Origin: a virus
Reading direction: 5' to 3' (one strand)
IMG/VR virus record: IMGVR_UViG_3300033146_004399
Span: 64,001 to 128,000 of that record
DNA: 64,000 nt
Of the stretch, positions 55,921 to 63,554 are shown piece after piece. Each line of letters opens with the position of its first letter. Within the stretch, counting starts at the first letter, position 1. Under the pieces are notes generated by a model. It had not been told where the DNA came from, did not search any database, and worked only from the letters and a program-made list of their open reading frames with translations. The position numbers and the translations under genes are program-made.

Positions 55921-56580
55921 TTACAACTCCTTTAAATATCCTTTATTAAAAAGATGATTTTTCACACTTGGGAAAAATCCTCTTTTACCTAATTTAATTA
56001 ATAAACCAACATGTTTAAATCCCCATCCGCCGAAAGGTACAAGAGGAACAATATCATGCCCATATACATATCTTGTAGTCGCAGGTACCCTCTTATCATA
56101 TGAAGCAGCTAAAGCCCCGTTACCAACCCTAGGGCTTCCGGTAGTCATACATTCAATTTCTAAGGAAGGAAAATTATATTGGAAGTCTAATGCCATTATA
56201 GTAGCAATAGCAGCTCCAAAACTTTGACCCATTATTATAATTTTCTTTCTATCTTTGATTATCTTATGCATATCTTCTCTAATAAGTAAATAACTTTTAT
56301 AAAAACCCCTATGCATTTTAATTTTTTTATTAGACCCTTTATACGGTGTTTTCATTAACGGGAAACTAAGATTATACATCCAATCCATAAATTCATTTGA
56401 ACCTAGAATAAATATAATTTCATCTCCGTTATATCTTCCGATAGCTATTTGAACATGTTTCTTTTGGAGAGTTGCAACTATGGTATTTATTTTTATCTCC
56501 CCTTTGAATACTTTTTTTCTATCTGCCGATCTTACATCCCAATATTTTTGAGCTATATAATGAATTAATTCTTTAGTCAT
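55921..56580 (-). CDS. Class 3 lipase (alpha/beta hydrolase)
   Basis: MHRGFY, nucleophile GQSFG, GSPRVGN, DIVPLVP; GGAG RBS before ATG56580. Confidence 0.88.
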   Translation of the reverse strand: MTKELIHYIAQKYWDVRSADRKKVFKGEIKINTIVATLQKKHVQIAIGRYNGDEIIFILGSNEFMDWMYNLSFPLMKTPYKGSNKKIKMHRGFYKSYLLIREDMHKIIKDRKKIIIMGQSFGAAIATIMALDFQYNFPSLEIECMTTGSPRVGNGALAASYDKRVPATTRYVYGHDIVPLVPFGGWGFKHVGLLIKLGKRGFFPSVKNHLFNKGYLKEL

Positions 56581-56628
56581 TTGTAATCTCCTTACATTAT
56601 CTTGCAACTATTGTGCATACTTATTATT

Positions 56629-57051
56629 ATGGGTACAAACTATTACATAAGATATAATATTTGCTCTTGTTGTAACAGAAGTGATGAAGTGCATATAGGG
56701 AAGTCGTCTATGGGTTGGCAATTCACCTTCCATTCTGTAGATGATTATGATATCAAGATGTCCTCTTTCGATGCTAAAAATATGTTGGCAGAAGATGATT
56801 CTCATCTCATTATTAAGAGTTTCCAGGATTGGCGAAAATTCATTGAGAAATATGTTATAGAACAAGGAACTGCTAAAATATATAACGAGTATGGGGAAGA
56901 AGAGTCTGCACAAGAGTTTTTTAATTTGGTAGAAAGTAAGAGAGATGGTAAGAATCATGCTGAATATATAAATAATGATTATACATCCATAGACCATGGA
57001 GATTATGTAGATGAGGAAGGATATTCCTTCTCACCAGGAGAGTTTAGCTAA
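56629..57051 (+). CDS. Hypothetical phage protein (MGTNYY..HIGKSSxGW)
   Basis: Opposite-strand insertion within the appendage cassette. Confidence 0.65.
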   Translation: MGTNYYIRYNICSCCNRSDEVHIGKSSMGWQFTFHSVDDYDIKMSSFDAKNMLAEDDSHLIIKSFQDWRKFIEKYVIEQGTAKIYNEYGEEESAQEFFNLVESKRDGKNHAEYINNDYTSIDHGDYVDEEGYSFSPGEFS

Positions 57052-57260
57052 TGGATTATTTTATTATGCATGCAAGTATTAAAGGGAAGAAAAGCACAGT
57101 AAGTTTTTATTTGGAGTCAGAATTGATGAATGCATTAGAAGATATGTCTTCTATGGCTGCATTTATGTTTGAAGGAGAGGGAATTCCTTTCGAAGATGGA
57201 AGTGTAGGATATTTCACTCCAGACGATGATTTCATCTATCTGGAGGAAAAGATTGTTTAA
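57051..57260 (+). CDS. Hypothetical acidic protein
   Basis: 69-aa ORF coupled to upstream gene. Confidence 0.55.
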   Translation: MDYFIMHASIKGKKSTVSFYLESELMNALEDMSSMAAFMFEGEGIPFEDGSVGYFTPDDDFIYLEEKIV

Positions 57261-57769
57261 ATATAGTATCCTATAACATTTGCACTAAAACTACCAAATG
57301 TTCCTGTAGCTGTCCATAAACAATTTATTTGATAATTTTCATCCAATGGTATTGTGATAACAGCATGCTGATAAACTCCTGAATTGGGCATTGCACTACC
57401 AATAGCAATAGTTCCGCCATCTGCCGGAAGTGCTTCGTTTCCTTTACCAAACCCAGCCCAATACCAATCATTTGCGCCTGTTTCTGATTTATAGACCCAC
57501 CATCTTAACACAACAGCTTTTGCTCCAACTGGAAGTCTTGACGCTAAAGAAGGTGATAGATATAATGTACCAGTTATTGGACTGGCTTGTGACCAAATAG
57601 ACGTAGCGTTTCTGTTAGAATAGTCAACCATATGTAAAGTACCAAGGTTATCGTCACCTAAAGATGATTGAGCTTTTTCTAATTCAATTTTTAGCCAAGC
57701 TCCTGCACTTGTATTATATCTATAATTTTCAAATATTTGTCCATTAGATGGACTTGTTGGGAATGCCAT
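57257..57769 (-). CDS. MAFPTSP-module tip protein with beta-sandwich domain
   Basis: MAFPTSPSNGQIFENYRYNTSAGAW; LPVGAKAVVL. Confidence 0.7.
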   Translation of the reverse strand: MAFPTSPSNGQIFENYRYNTSAGAWLKIELEKAQSSLGDDNLGTLHMVDYSNRNATSIWSQASPITGTLYLSPSLASRLPVGAKAVVLRWWVYKSETGANDWYWAGFGKGNEALPADGGTIAIGSAMPNSGVYQHAVITIPLDENYQINCLWTATGTFGSFSANVIGYYI

Positions 57770-57787
57770 TTTTATTACTCCTTATTT

Positions 57788-58780
57788 TTATAATTGTATC
57801 CATTCTGAGCCCGTATATTTAAAAAAGGCATTCAAATCTGTTCTGAAACAATCGTCTCCTGCAACAGGACTTCCTGGGAAGGATGTTCCAGATGTGAAAG
57901 TAACATAATTTCTAACAACAGTATCAAACCTCTTCTCAACATCATTCCATACTGCAATACCACCATCTATAGGTGAAGTTTCACGAGTTGCTACTGCTTG
58001 TTCTGAACCTTGTTCACCTATTACAAATGTATCAGTTAATTCCTCAAATACAAATCTATAATTTAATTCATCACCTCTCTCAACTTCCATACCACCAACT
58101 AATGAAGTCGCTGGAGTCCCTGTTTGACTTTTATTAACTGTAATCATATTGTCTTCAACAAGGAGGGTTGCCGTGTCAATAGTAGTCGTTGTGCCTGAAA
58201 CTATTAAATCACCTGCTACAGTTAAGTTATTATTAGCTATCGTATCTCCAGCAAATTGAATATTACCACCAGCGGAAGAGTTGGAGAAAACAATATTCTT
58301 ACTAGCAACACCAGTTACTGTAAATTCCATACCACCAGGAGCTATTGTATTTACTTCATTGCCTGCTTGAAGAGTAAGGTTACCGTTACCTGTACCAGGA
58401 GTTGATGAGGAGGTTTTAATCTCAATAGCTTGATCTGTATCTGTTTGAAAGGTCATAACGCTCGCTGCATCTTCAATTACCTTCTTACCATTTACATATA
58501 AAGAGGAAGCACCAACAAAAATTTCGTCAGCATATACAGAATTAAACTTCTGTGTTGCGGAACCAAGATTTCTTACAGAAACTTCACCAGTTGCACCAGT
58601 CATTTCTGGGAGGATATCTTCAGTTGTTATATCATTCGTGAGAGTGAGACCTTTAGCTTCTATGTATGTTACTAAAGATGATAGAGTTGTTGCTCTATCT
58701 AAATCAGTTTGTCCTACAACTAATTTATCTACATCGTTTAATGAACTCGTAAGTTCTATCGTACTAAAATTCTCTGCCAT
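57788..58780 (-). CDS. Short tail fibre-like protein
   Basis: Body highly similar to 59575..60882; ends in FPGSP..FRTD..KY..W module. Confidence 0.75.
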   Translation of the reverse strand: MAENFSTIELTSSLNDVDKLVVGQTDLDRATTLSSLVTYIEAKGLTLTNDITTEDILPEMTGATGEVSVRNLGSATQKFNSVYADEIFVGASSLYVNGKKVIEDAASVMTFQTDTDQAIEIKTSSSTPGTGNGNLTLQAGNEVNTIAPGGMEFTVTGVASKNIVFSNSSAGGNIQFAGDTIANNNLTVAGDLIVSGTTTTIDTATLLVEDNMITVNKSQTGTPATSLVGGMEVERGDELNYRFVFEELTDTFVIGEQGSEQAVATRETSPIDGGIAVWNDVEKRFDTVVRNYVTFTSGTSFPGSPVAGDDCFRTDLNAFFKYTGSEWIQL

Positions 58781-58794
58781 AATTTATACTCCTA

Positions 58795-59157
58795 TTACGC
58801 TGTTTGTAATTCAAAAATTTCGTTATTTATATAGAAAAACTCATTATTAGTTTGAAAAGCTCCTGTGATGAGTTGATCATTTATCGTTGGTGTTACTTCA
58901 TCTGTTAAATCATCATTATTGATTTCATATTCTCCACCATCAATTGAAAGTGAGAGATTATCCGCACTCCATAATAAAGTGAGTCCTAAAGCTTCAGTAG
59001 GGAAAGTGTCTCCTGAGAGATCAGGAGAATCTGCATTTATAGCAGAATCATATATAGATTGAACCATAGGTATTCTATCTGCAACAGACCAATCACCATC
59101 TTGTTCTTTAAGAATTTGATATTTTAATTTCTTTAGCCTCTCTTTAACTTCTTGCAT
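58795..59157 (-). CDS. ~120-aa RLKKxxYQ family protein (copy 2)
   Basis: RLKKLKYQ..SIYDSAINAD..FPTE. Confidence 0.7.
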   Translation of the reverse strand: MQEVKERLKKLKYQILKEQDGDWSVADRIPMVQSIYDSAINADSPDLSGDTFPTEALGLTLLWSADNLSLSIDGGEYEINNDDLTDEVTPTINDQLITGAFQTNNEFFYINNEIFELQTA

Positions 59158-59168
59158 TTCTTACTCCT

Positions 59169-59575
59169 TTATGCTATTCTTCCTATAGCTGTTGCTGTAT
59201 AATATGAAGTCCCGGTGCTTGTTGCATAACCAGAAAATGAAATTGATGTACCGGTCGTAAAATTACTTGCCGCACTATTATGATAACCAAGTTCACTTGT
59301 TCCTTCCATAAAATACCATGAAACACCGACAGATCCCGCAACAAAAGCTTTCGGAAAAGTCCAAGTACCAACTCGAGTTGAATTTGCAGCTGTACCGTTC
59401 ATAGCTGTTCTTGCTTTATAATATATTAATGTCCCATCTGAAAATTCTGTCTATCCTCCATTTAAATTGGAACCGGATGATATAATTCCCCAGCTTTTTT
59501 CCAAGCGCCCCGTGTTGAGTTATAATAGTATTCGTTATAAATGTCATCATCTGAAGGAGATGTTGGAAATACCAT
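59169..59575 (-). pseudogene. MAFPTSP-module tip gene with gp53-like tail-fibre domain; frameshift plus in-frame TAG
   Basis: MVFPTSPSDDDIYNEYYYNSTRGAWKKAG, shift at G4 (59488-91), then IISSGSNLNGG*TEFSDGTLI..WTFPKAF; TAG at 59451-53. Confidence 0.75.
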
Positions 59576-60882
59576 TACATCTGCATCCAAGTTGCACCAT
59601 TATATTTATACCACTCATCTAAATCTGTTCGATAACATTCATCCGCAAAACCCGGTGTTCCAGGAAAGGCAATACCTGCAGAAGCGGTAACAACTCTACG
59701 AGCTTGAATCAAAAGGTCAGTTCCGTTATAAGTCATATTTGAATGAGTATCAAATCTTTTAGTACTATCATTCCAAAAAGCAACACCAGCAGCAGCTGGA
59801 GCATCTTCACGAGTTGCAACTGCTTGGAGAGTACCAGACTCACCAACTTTAAAAGAATCAGTTAATTCTTCAAATATAAATCTATAATTAGGTGAATCAC
59901 CGCGATTAACTTCAATACCTGAAACAAGACTTTCAGCTGGTACGCCAACTTGTCCCTTATTAACTTCAATTATATTATCTTCAACAAGGAGAGTCTGTGT
60001 ATCAAGAGTAACTGTTGCACCTTCGACTGTTAAATCTCCAGATATAATAAGATTTGTTGCTTGAACAGTACCATTAAGATCGATAGTAGTTGCTGTTATG
60101 TCAACTTCCTCAGTGGAGGATATTAAAACTTGACCATTAGTTGCAGCGTTAGATATTGTTAAATTTTTATTTGTAATTCCAACTGGCACTGTTATTTCAA
60201 CACCACCTTTACCTAGAATATTAACTTCATTATCTGACTGGAAGGCAAGATTACCATTACCAGAACCAGGAGTTGAAGCAAGAGTTTTAATTGCAAGACC
60301 TTGATCTTCATCTGTTTTAAAAGTCATAGTGTCTGCAACATCTTCAATTACCTTCTTACCATTTACATATAAAGAAGAAGCCCCAACAAAAACTTCATCA
60401 GCATAGACTGCGTTAAATTTTTGAGTGGCTGAACCTATATTTCTTACAGAAACTTCACCAGTTGCACCAACCATATTAGGTAATATATCTCTTACAACTA
60501 TGTTTCCTTCTATTGGTCCACCAGCAAGCACATCTAATTTTGTATTTAATTGTGCTTGGAGGTCTGTAATATCTGTCGCATTTAAAGTATCACCAACTCC
60601 TACAAAATTAATTGTTAACATACCTGTTTGATATATTGGGTTTAAAATGTATAGTTGTTTGTATACATTTTTACCAAATAAATTGGTTAAGTTTGAATCT
60701 AAAGTTACTAATGAATAATCTTCAGATAATAAAGTTTCTCCATCAATATGTTCAATAGTTAAACCATCTTCATAAAATAATCGTACAGGTAAATTTACCT
60801 GTTCAACCCCTACATCACTAATTTGATAATCTACAAAATTGTGCCCTGATTCTATAATATCGTACATTTGTTTTAACGCCAT
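59575..60882 (-). CDS. Tail fibre-like protein
   Basis: Paralog of 57788..58780 with a different N-terminus; ends AFPGTP..YRTD..YKY..W. Confidence 0.75.
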   Translation of the reverse strand: MALKQMYDIIESGHNFVDYQISDVGVEQVNLPVRLFYEDGLTIEHIDGETLLSEDYSLVTLDSNLTNLFGKNVYKQLYILNPIYQTGMLTINFVGVGDTLNATDITDLQAQLNTKLDVLAGGPIEGNIVVRDILPNMVGATGEVSVRNIGSATQKFNAVYADEVFVGASSLYVNGKKVIEDVADTMTFKTDEDQGLAIKTLASTPGSGNGNLAFQSDNEVNILGKGGVEITVPVGITNKNLTISNAATNGQVLISSTEEVDITATTIDLNGTVQATNLIISGDLTVEGATVTLDTQTLLVEDNIIEVNKGQVGVPAESLVSGIEVNRGDSPNYRFIFEELTDSFKVGESGTLQAVATREDAPAAAGVAFWNDSTKRFDTHSNMTYNGTDLLIQARRVVTASAGIAFPGTPGFADECYRTDLDEWYKYNGATWMQM

Positions 60883-61241
60883 TATAATGCTCCTCCATAA
60901 TATGATTTACCGAAATACCCCATCCCAATATTTGGGGAATTTACATAATTTCTTTTTTCTATATTTTCTGCTGTTAAGTCTTGAATAACGTAAACGCCAG
61001 TTTTTTTAATTTTAACTATTGTATCATTGTCCTCTCCAGCACTCCAATCTAAATTACAATCCAGAAAAGTGGTTGGCATTTCGGAATCTTGTACTGTTGT
61101 AAGGTCATTTAGTACAAGACCATTAAGAGTAGATTCTGCAGCAGCTACATAATCTGCGTCTTCCCAGTTTACTAATATACCAGGTTTTTGTGGTTTTAAA
61201 TGTTGAAACTGTATTTTTTTTAAACGATCTAATCGTGTCAT
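60882..61241 (-). CDS. ~120-aa RLKKxxYQ family protein (copy 3, most divergent)
   Basis: RLKKIQFQ..MPTTFLDCNLDWS. Confidence 0.65.
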   Translation of the reverse strand: MTRLDRLKKIQFQHLKPQKPGILVNWEDADYVAAAESTLNGLVLNDLTTVQDSEMPTTFLDCNLDWSAGEDNDTIVKIKKTGVYVIQDLTAENIEKRNYVNSPNIGMGYFGKSYYGGAL

Positions 61242-61256
61242 TTATTACTCCTTTTA

Positions 61257-61754
61257 TTAATTTATCAAATACATGGACCAGGAGTAGTTGCCATAATAAT
61301 AGTCACTACTTAAAAGAACTTTTACTTGGTCATCTTTATTAAGTTGAACAATTCCGTTAATTGTGGCAGCACCATGAATATAAGCATTTGCAGCTATTCC
61401 AGTTGTATTAAGACCGGCTTTTACAATTAATTCTGCATTTCCGTTTATTACGAGATACGAAGCACGGTCTCTTAATATATTTGGTTCGTATGCATTAGTA
61501 GCTAATATTACATTAACTTGATATTGCCCTGATAAAGGACATGTCCAAATACTATTTACCATAGTATTATGAGAATCAATACTAGCCACAAATGGTACAT
61601 AAAATGGGTCAGTAATAGATAAAGGCGGTGATTGAGAACAACTACTTACCATAATAACTTTATTTTTATTAATATCATCCCATAATGATTGTAATTCATT
61701 ATAATAATAATTTTTATATCGTTGTCCATCTACTGGACTTGTTGGAAATGCCAT
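61257..61754 (-). CDS. MAFPTSP-module tip protein, C1q-like
   Basis: MAFPTSPVDGQRYKNYYY; WTCPLSGQYQVNV; LNKDDQV. Confidence 0.72.
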   Translation of the reverse strand: MAFPTSPVDGQRYKNYYYNELQSLWDDINKNKVIMVSSCSQSPPLSITDPFYVPFVASIDSHNTMVNSIWTCPLSGQYQVNVILATNAYEPNILRDRASYLVINGNAELIVKAGLNTTGIAANAYIHGAATINGIVQLNKDDQVKVLLSSDYYYGNYSWSMYLIN

Positions 61755-61765
61755 TTAATTACTCC

Positions 61766-62218
61766 TTAAACTGTTCTTTTCCGTATTCTTACTGTTTGGT
61801 TAACTGGCCTAGCTTCTATATCACCAGATGAATTAGTACTATTTCCATAGCTTGATCTATTTAATGCTACTTCAGTAAAACCATATTCAGTTTTGTTATT
61901 TACAATGCCTTGCAAAAATGACATATTTGATAGACTATAGCTGTAACTTTTATTATCGCCACTTTGTTGGCCATTTTCAAATGTTGATGCATCACCACCT
62001 TCTATTCTAATGAAATCTCCGGCATAGGTAGAAGAAACGTTAGTCCACCATCCATACCATTCAGCACCAGTTAGGCTTGATTTTCCTGGCAGTTGAGTAT
62101 AAATAAAGTCTATATTAAAATATTTATCTGGATCTAATTTAATCCAAGCTGTTTTAGCCGTTTCATATATATATTGTTTAAATAATTGTCCGTCTGCTGG
62201 ACTTGTTGAAAAAGTCAT
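61766..62218 (-). CDS. MAFPTSP-module tip protein, tail-collar-like (partly degenerate)
   Basis: MTFSTSPADGQLF; FIYTQLPG..FIRIEGG..EARPVN; start ATG62218. Confidence 0.65.
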   Translation of the reverse strand: MTFSTSPADGQLFKQYIYETAKTAWIKLDPDKYFNIDFIYTQLPGKSSLTGAEWYGWWTNVSSTYAGDFIRIEGGDASTFENGQQSGDNKSYSYSLSNMSFLQGIVNNKTEYGFTEVALNRSSYGNSTNSSGDIEARPVNQTVRIRKRTV

Positions 62219-62229
62219 TTCTACTTCCT

Positions 62230-62718
62230 TCAATTTACTAAAAATCCCGAAAATGCACCATATCCAGTTCCATATGTTGGCCCAGGTCCTTCATTAAAGA
62301 CACCGATAGTATCTGCTGCATTTAAATAAAATGTCATAGACATAGTTGAATAATCATAATCCCAACCGTCAAATGCAGTACTATCGCCACCAGCTAATGT
62401 ATCCCCGGTTATTGCATCTTTGCTTCCATTAATAATCCACCACAATCTATGATAAGTTTCTTCATTTGATAGACGCATTAATGCGTTAAAAGAAAATGTG
62501 TACAATCCACTTACTGGCGCTGTAAACAAACCGGTTGCTTCGCTAAAACAATTGTGTGAATCATGAACAACGGAACCCCATATAATAGTATTTTGTGTTG
62601 AGGTGATAGCTGGGTGTTTTACTTGAAATCCTAAACTTTTTAATTTGCGCCAAAGACCATTATTATATTCATAATCTTTATAAATTTGTCCATCTACTGG
62701 ATTTGTTGGAAAAGCCAT
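62230..62718 (-). CDS. MAFPTSP-module tip protein, C1q-like
   Basis: MAFPTNPVDGQIYKDYEY; TGLFTAPVSGLYTFSF; GAFSGFLV. Confidence 0.8.
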   Translation of the reverse strand: MAFPTNPVDGQIYKDYEYNNGLWRKLKSLGFQVKHPAITSTQNTIIWGSVVHDSHNCFSEATGLFTAPVSGLYTFSFNALMRLSNEETYHRLWWIINGSKDAITGDTLAGGDSTAFDGWDYDYSTMSMTFYLNAADTIGVFNEGPGPTYGTGYGAFSGFLVN

Positions 62719-62899
62719 TTCTACCCCCTAAACTATATTTATCTTTTATTTTATAACCGCTTGTGTTCATTTTACCTTCAACAAGTCTTTTAACAACTTC
62801 TTTCATTGTTATTTCTCTATCTAGAGCCATTTGTTTTAACTCTTTCCAAACAGCTGTGTCTATTCTTAGACTTTTATAATCATATTCATATTTTTTCAT
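62678..62899 (-). CDS. Ribbon-helix-helix-type DNA-binding protein
   Basis: KSLRIDTAVWKELKQMALDREITMKEVVKRLV. Confidence 0.7.
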   Translation of the reverse strand: MKKYEYDYKSLRIDTAVWKELKQMALDREITMKEVVKRLVEGKMNTSGYKIKDKYSLGGRNGFSNKSSRWTNL

Positions 62900-62974
62900 A
62901 CAATATCTTTTGTGTAAAAATATAAAAAAGCAATTTTTTTTTAATATTTTTTAATATTTTTTAAATTTATGATT

Positions 62975-63098
62975 TGTGTCATTAAGACACATAAATAGTA
63001 TTAAAATAATAAAAAAATAATCGTATGTATCGTTTTGACTATGTAAATTATAGTGCGTAGTATCCTTATGACACAGTGAGCGGTTCCACTATGACACA
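62975..63098. promoter_or_regulatory. Repeated (T)GACACA boxes in the divergent RHH/hsp20 intergenic region
   Basis: Inverted pair TGTGTC-attaa-GACACA 62975-91; direct ATGACACA at 63068-75 and 63091-98. Confidence 0.5.
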
Positions 63099-63159
63099 AA
63101 AATTTTTAAAAAGTTAGCATATTTAATGGCAAAGATAAAAATAAACAAAGGAGAACACT

Positions 63160-63552
63160 ATGGATATTTTTGAAACACTAGGCGAAGCAATTGATTACGC
63201 AACAGAATTAGAAAAAGGGATTCATAACACTGGAGTATTTAACACTGGAGTATTTAACACTGGTTTACACGTAGATGTAGACACAAACGAAGATACTTAT
63301 ACAGTACAAGTTGAATTGCCAGGTCTCGATGAGGAAAACATAGATATTAACTACGAAAAGGATACTTTAACTGTTAAAGCTTCTTACGGAGAAGGAGGCT
63401 TGAGACGTGGAAATTATGAACGTACTTTTCCGCTCAGAGATGTAGACGCAACTAAGATTAATGCTACACTTAATAAGGGTGTGTTGAAAATTGTACTTCA
63501 TAAACTTGAAGAAAAGAAAGCAAGAAAAATAAATATTAATATAGGAGAATAA
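63160..63552 (+). CDS. Small heat-shock protein (Hsp20/alpha-crystallin)
   Basis: [17 protein letters not shown]-like [22 protein letters not shown]. Confidence 0.9.
   Translation: MDIFETLGEAIDYATELEKGIHNTGVFNTGVFNTGLHVDVDTNEDTYTVQVELPGLDEENIDINYEKDTLTVKASYGEGGLRRGNYERTFPLRDVDATKINATLNKGVLKIVLHKLEEKKARKININIGE
63226..63263 (+). repeat. In-frame 15-bp tandem repeat in hsp20 (NTGVF)
   Basis: AACACTGGAGTATTT x2 plus AACACTGG. Confidence 0.9.
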
Positions 63553-63554
63553 AA

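Noticed and set aside
1881-60631. Short antisense or alternate-frame ORFs in the track (e.g. 1881-, 3843+, 9973-, 18512-, 19900+, 28775-, 31102-, 43225-, 45351-, 55495+, 56608-)
   Set aside because: They overlap well-supported genes, lack RBS or motifs, and look like shadow ORFs.
54681-62718. Diversity-generating retroelement or invertase shufflon driving tip variation
   Set aside because: No reverse transcriptase, no template/variable repeat pair differing at adenines, no recombinase, and all cassette tips share one orientation. Such genes could still lie outside the window.
62931-62964. TTAATATTTT tandem 10-mer
   Set aside because: Low-complexity AT-rich intergenic DNA with no evidence of function.
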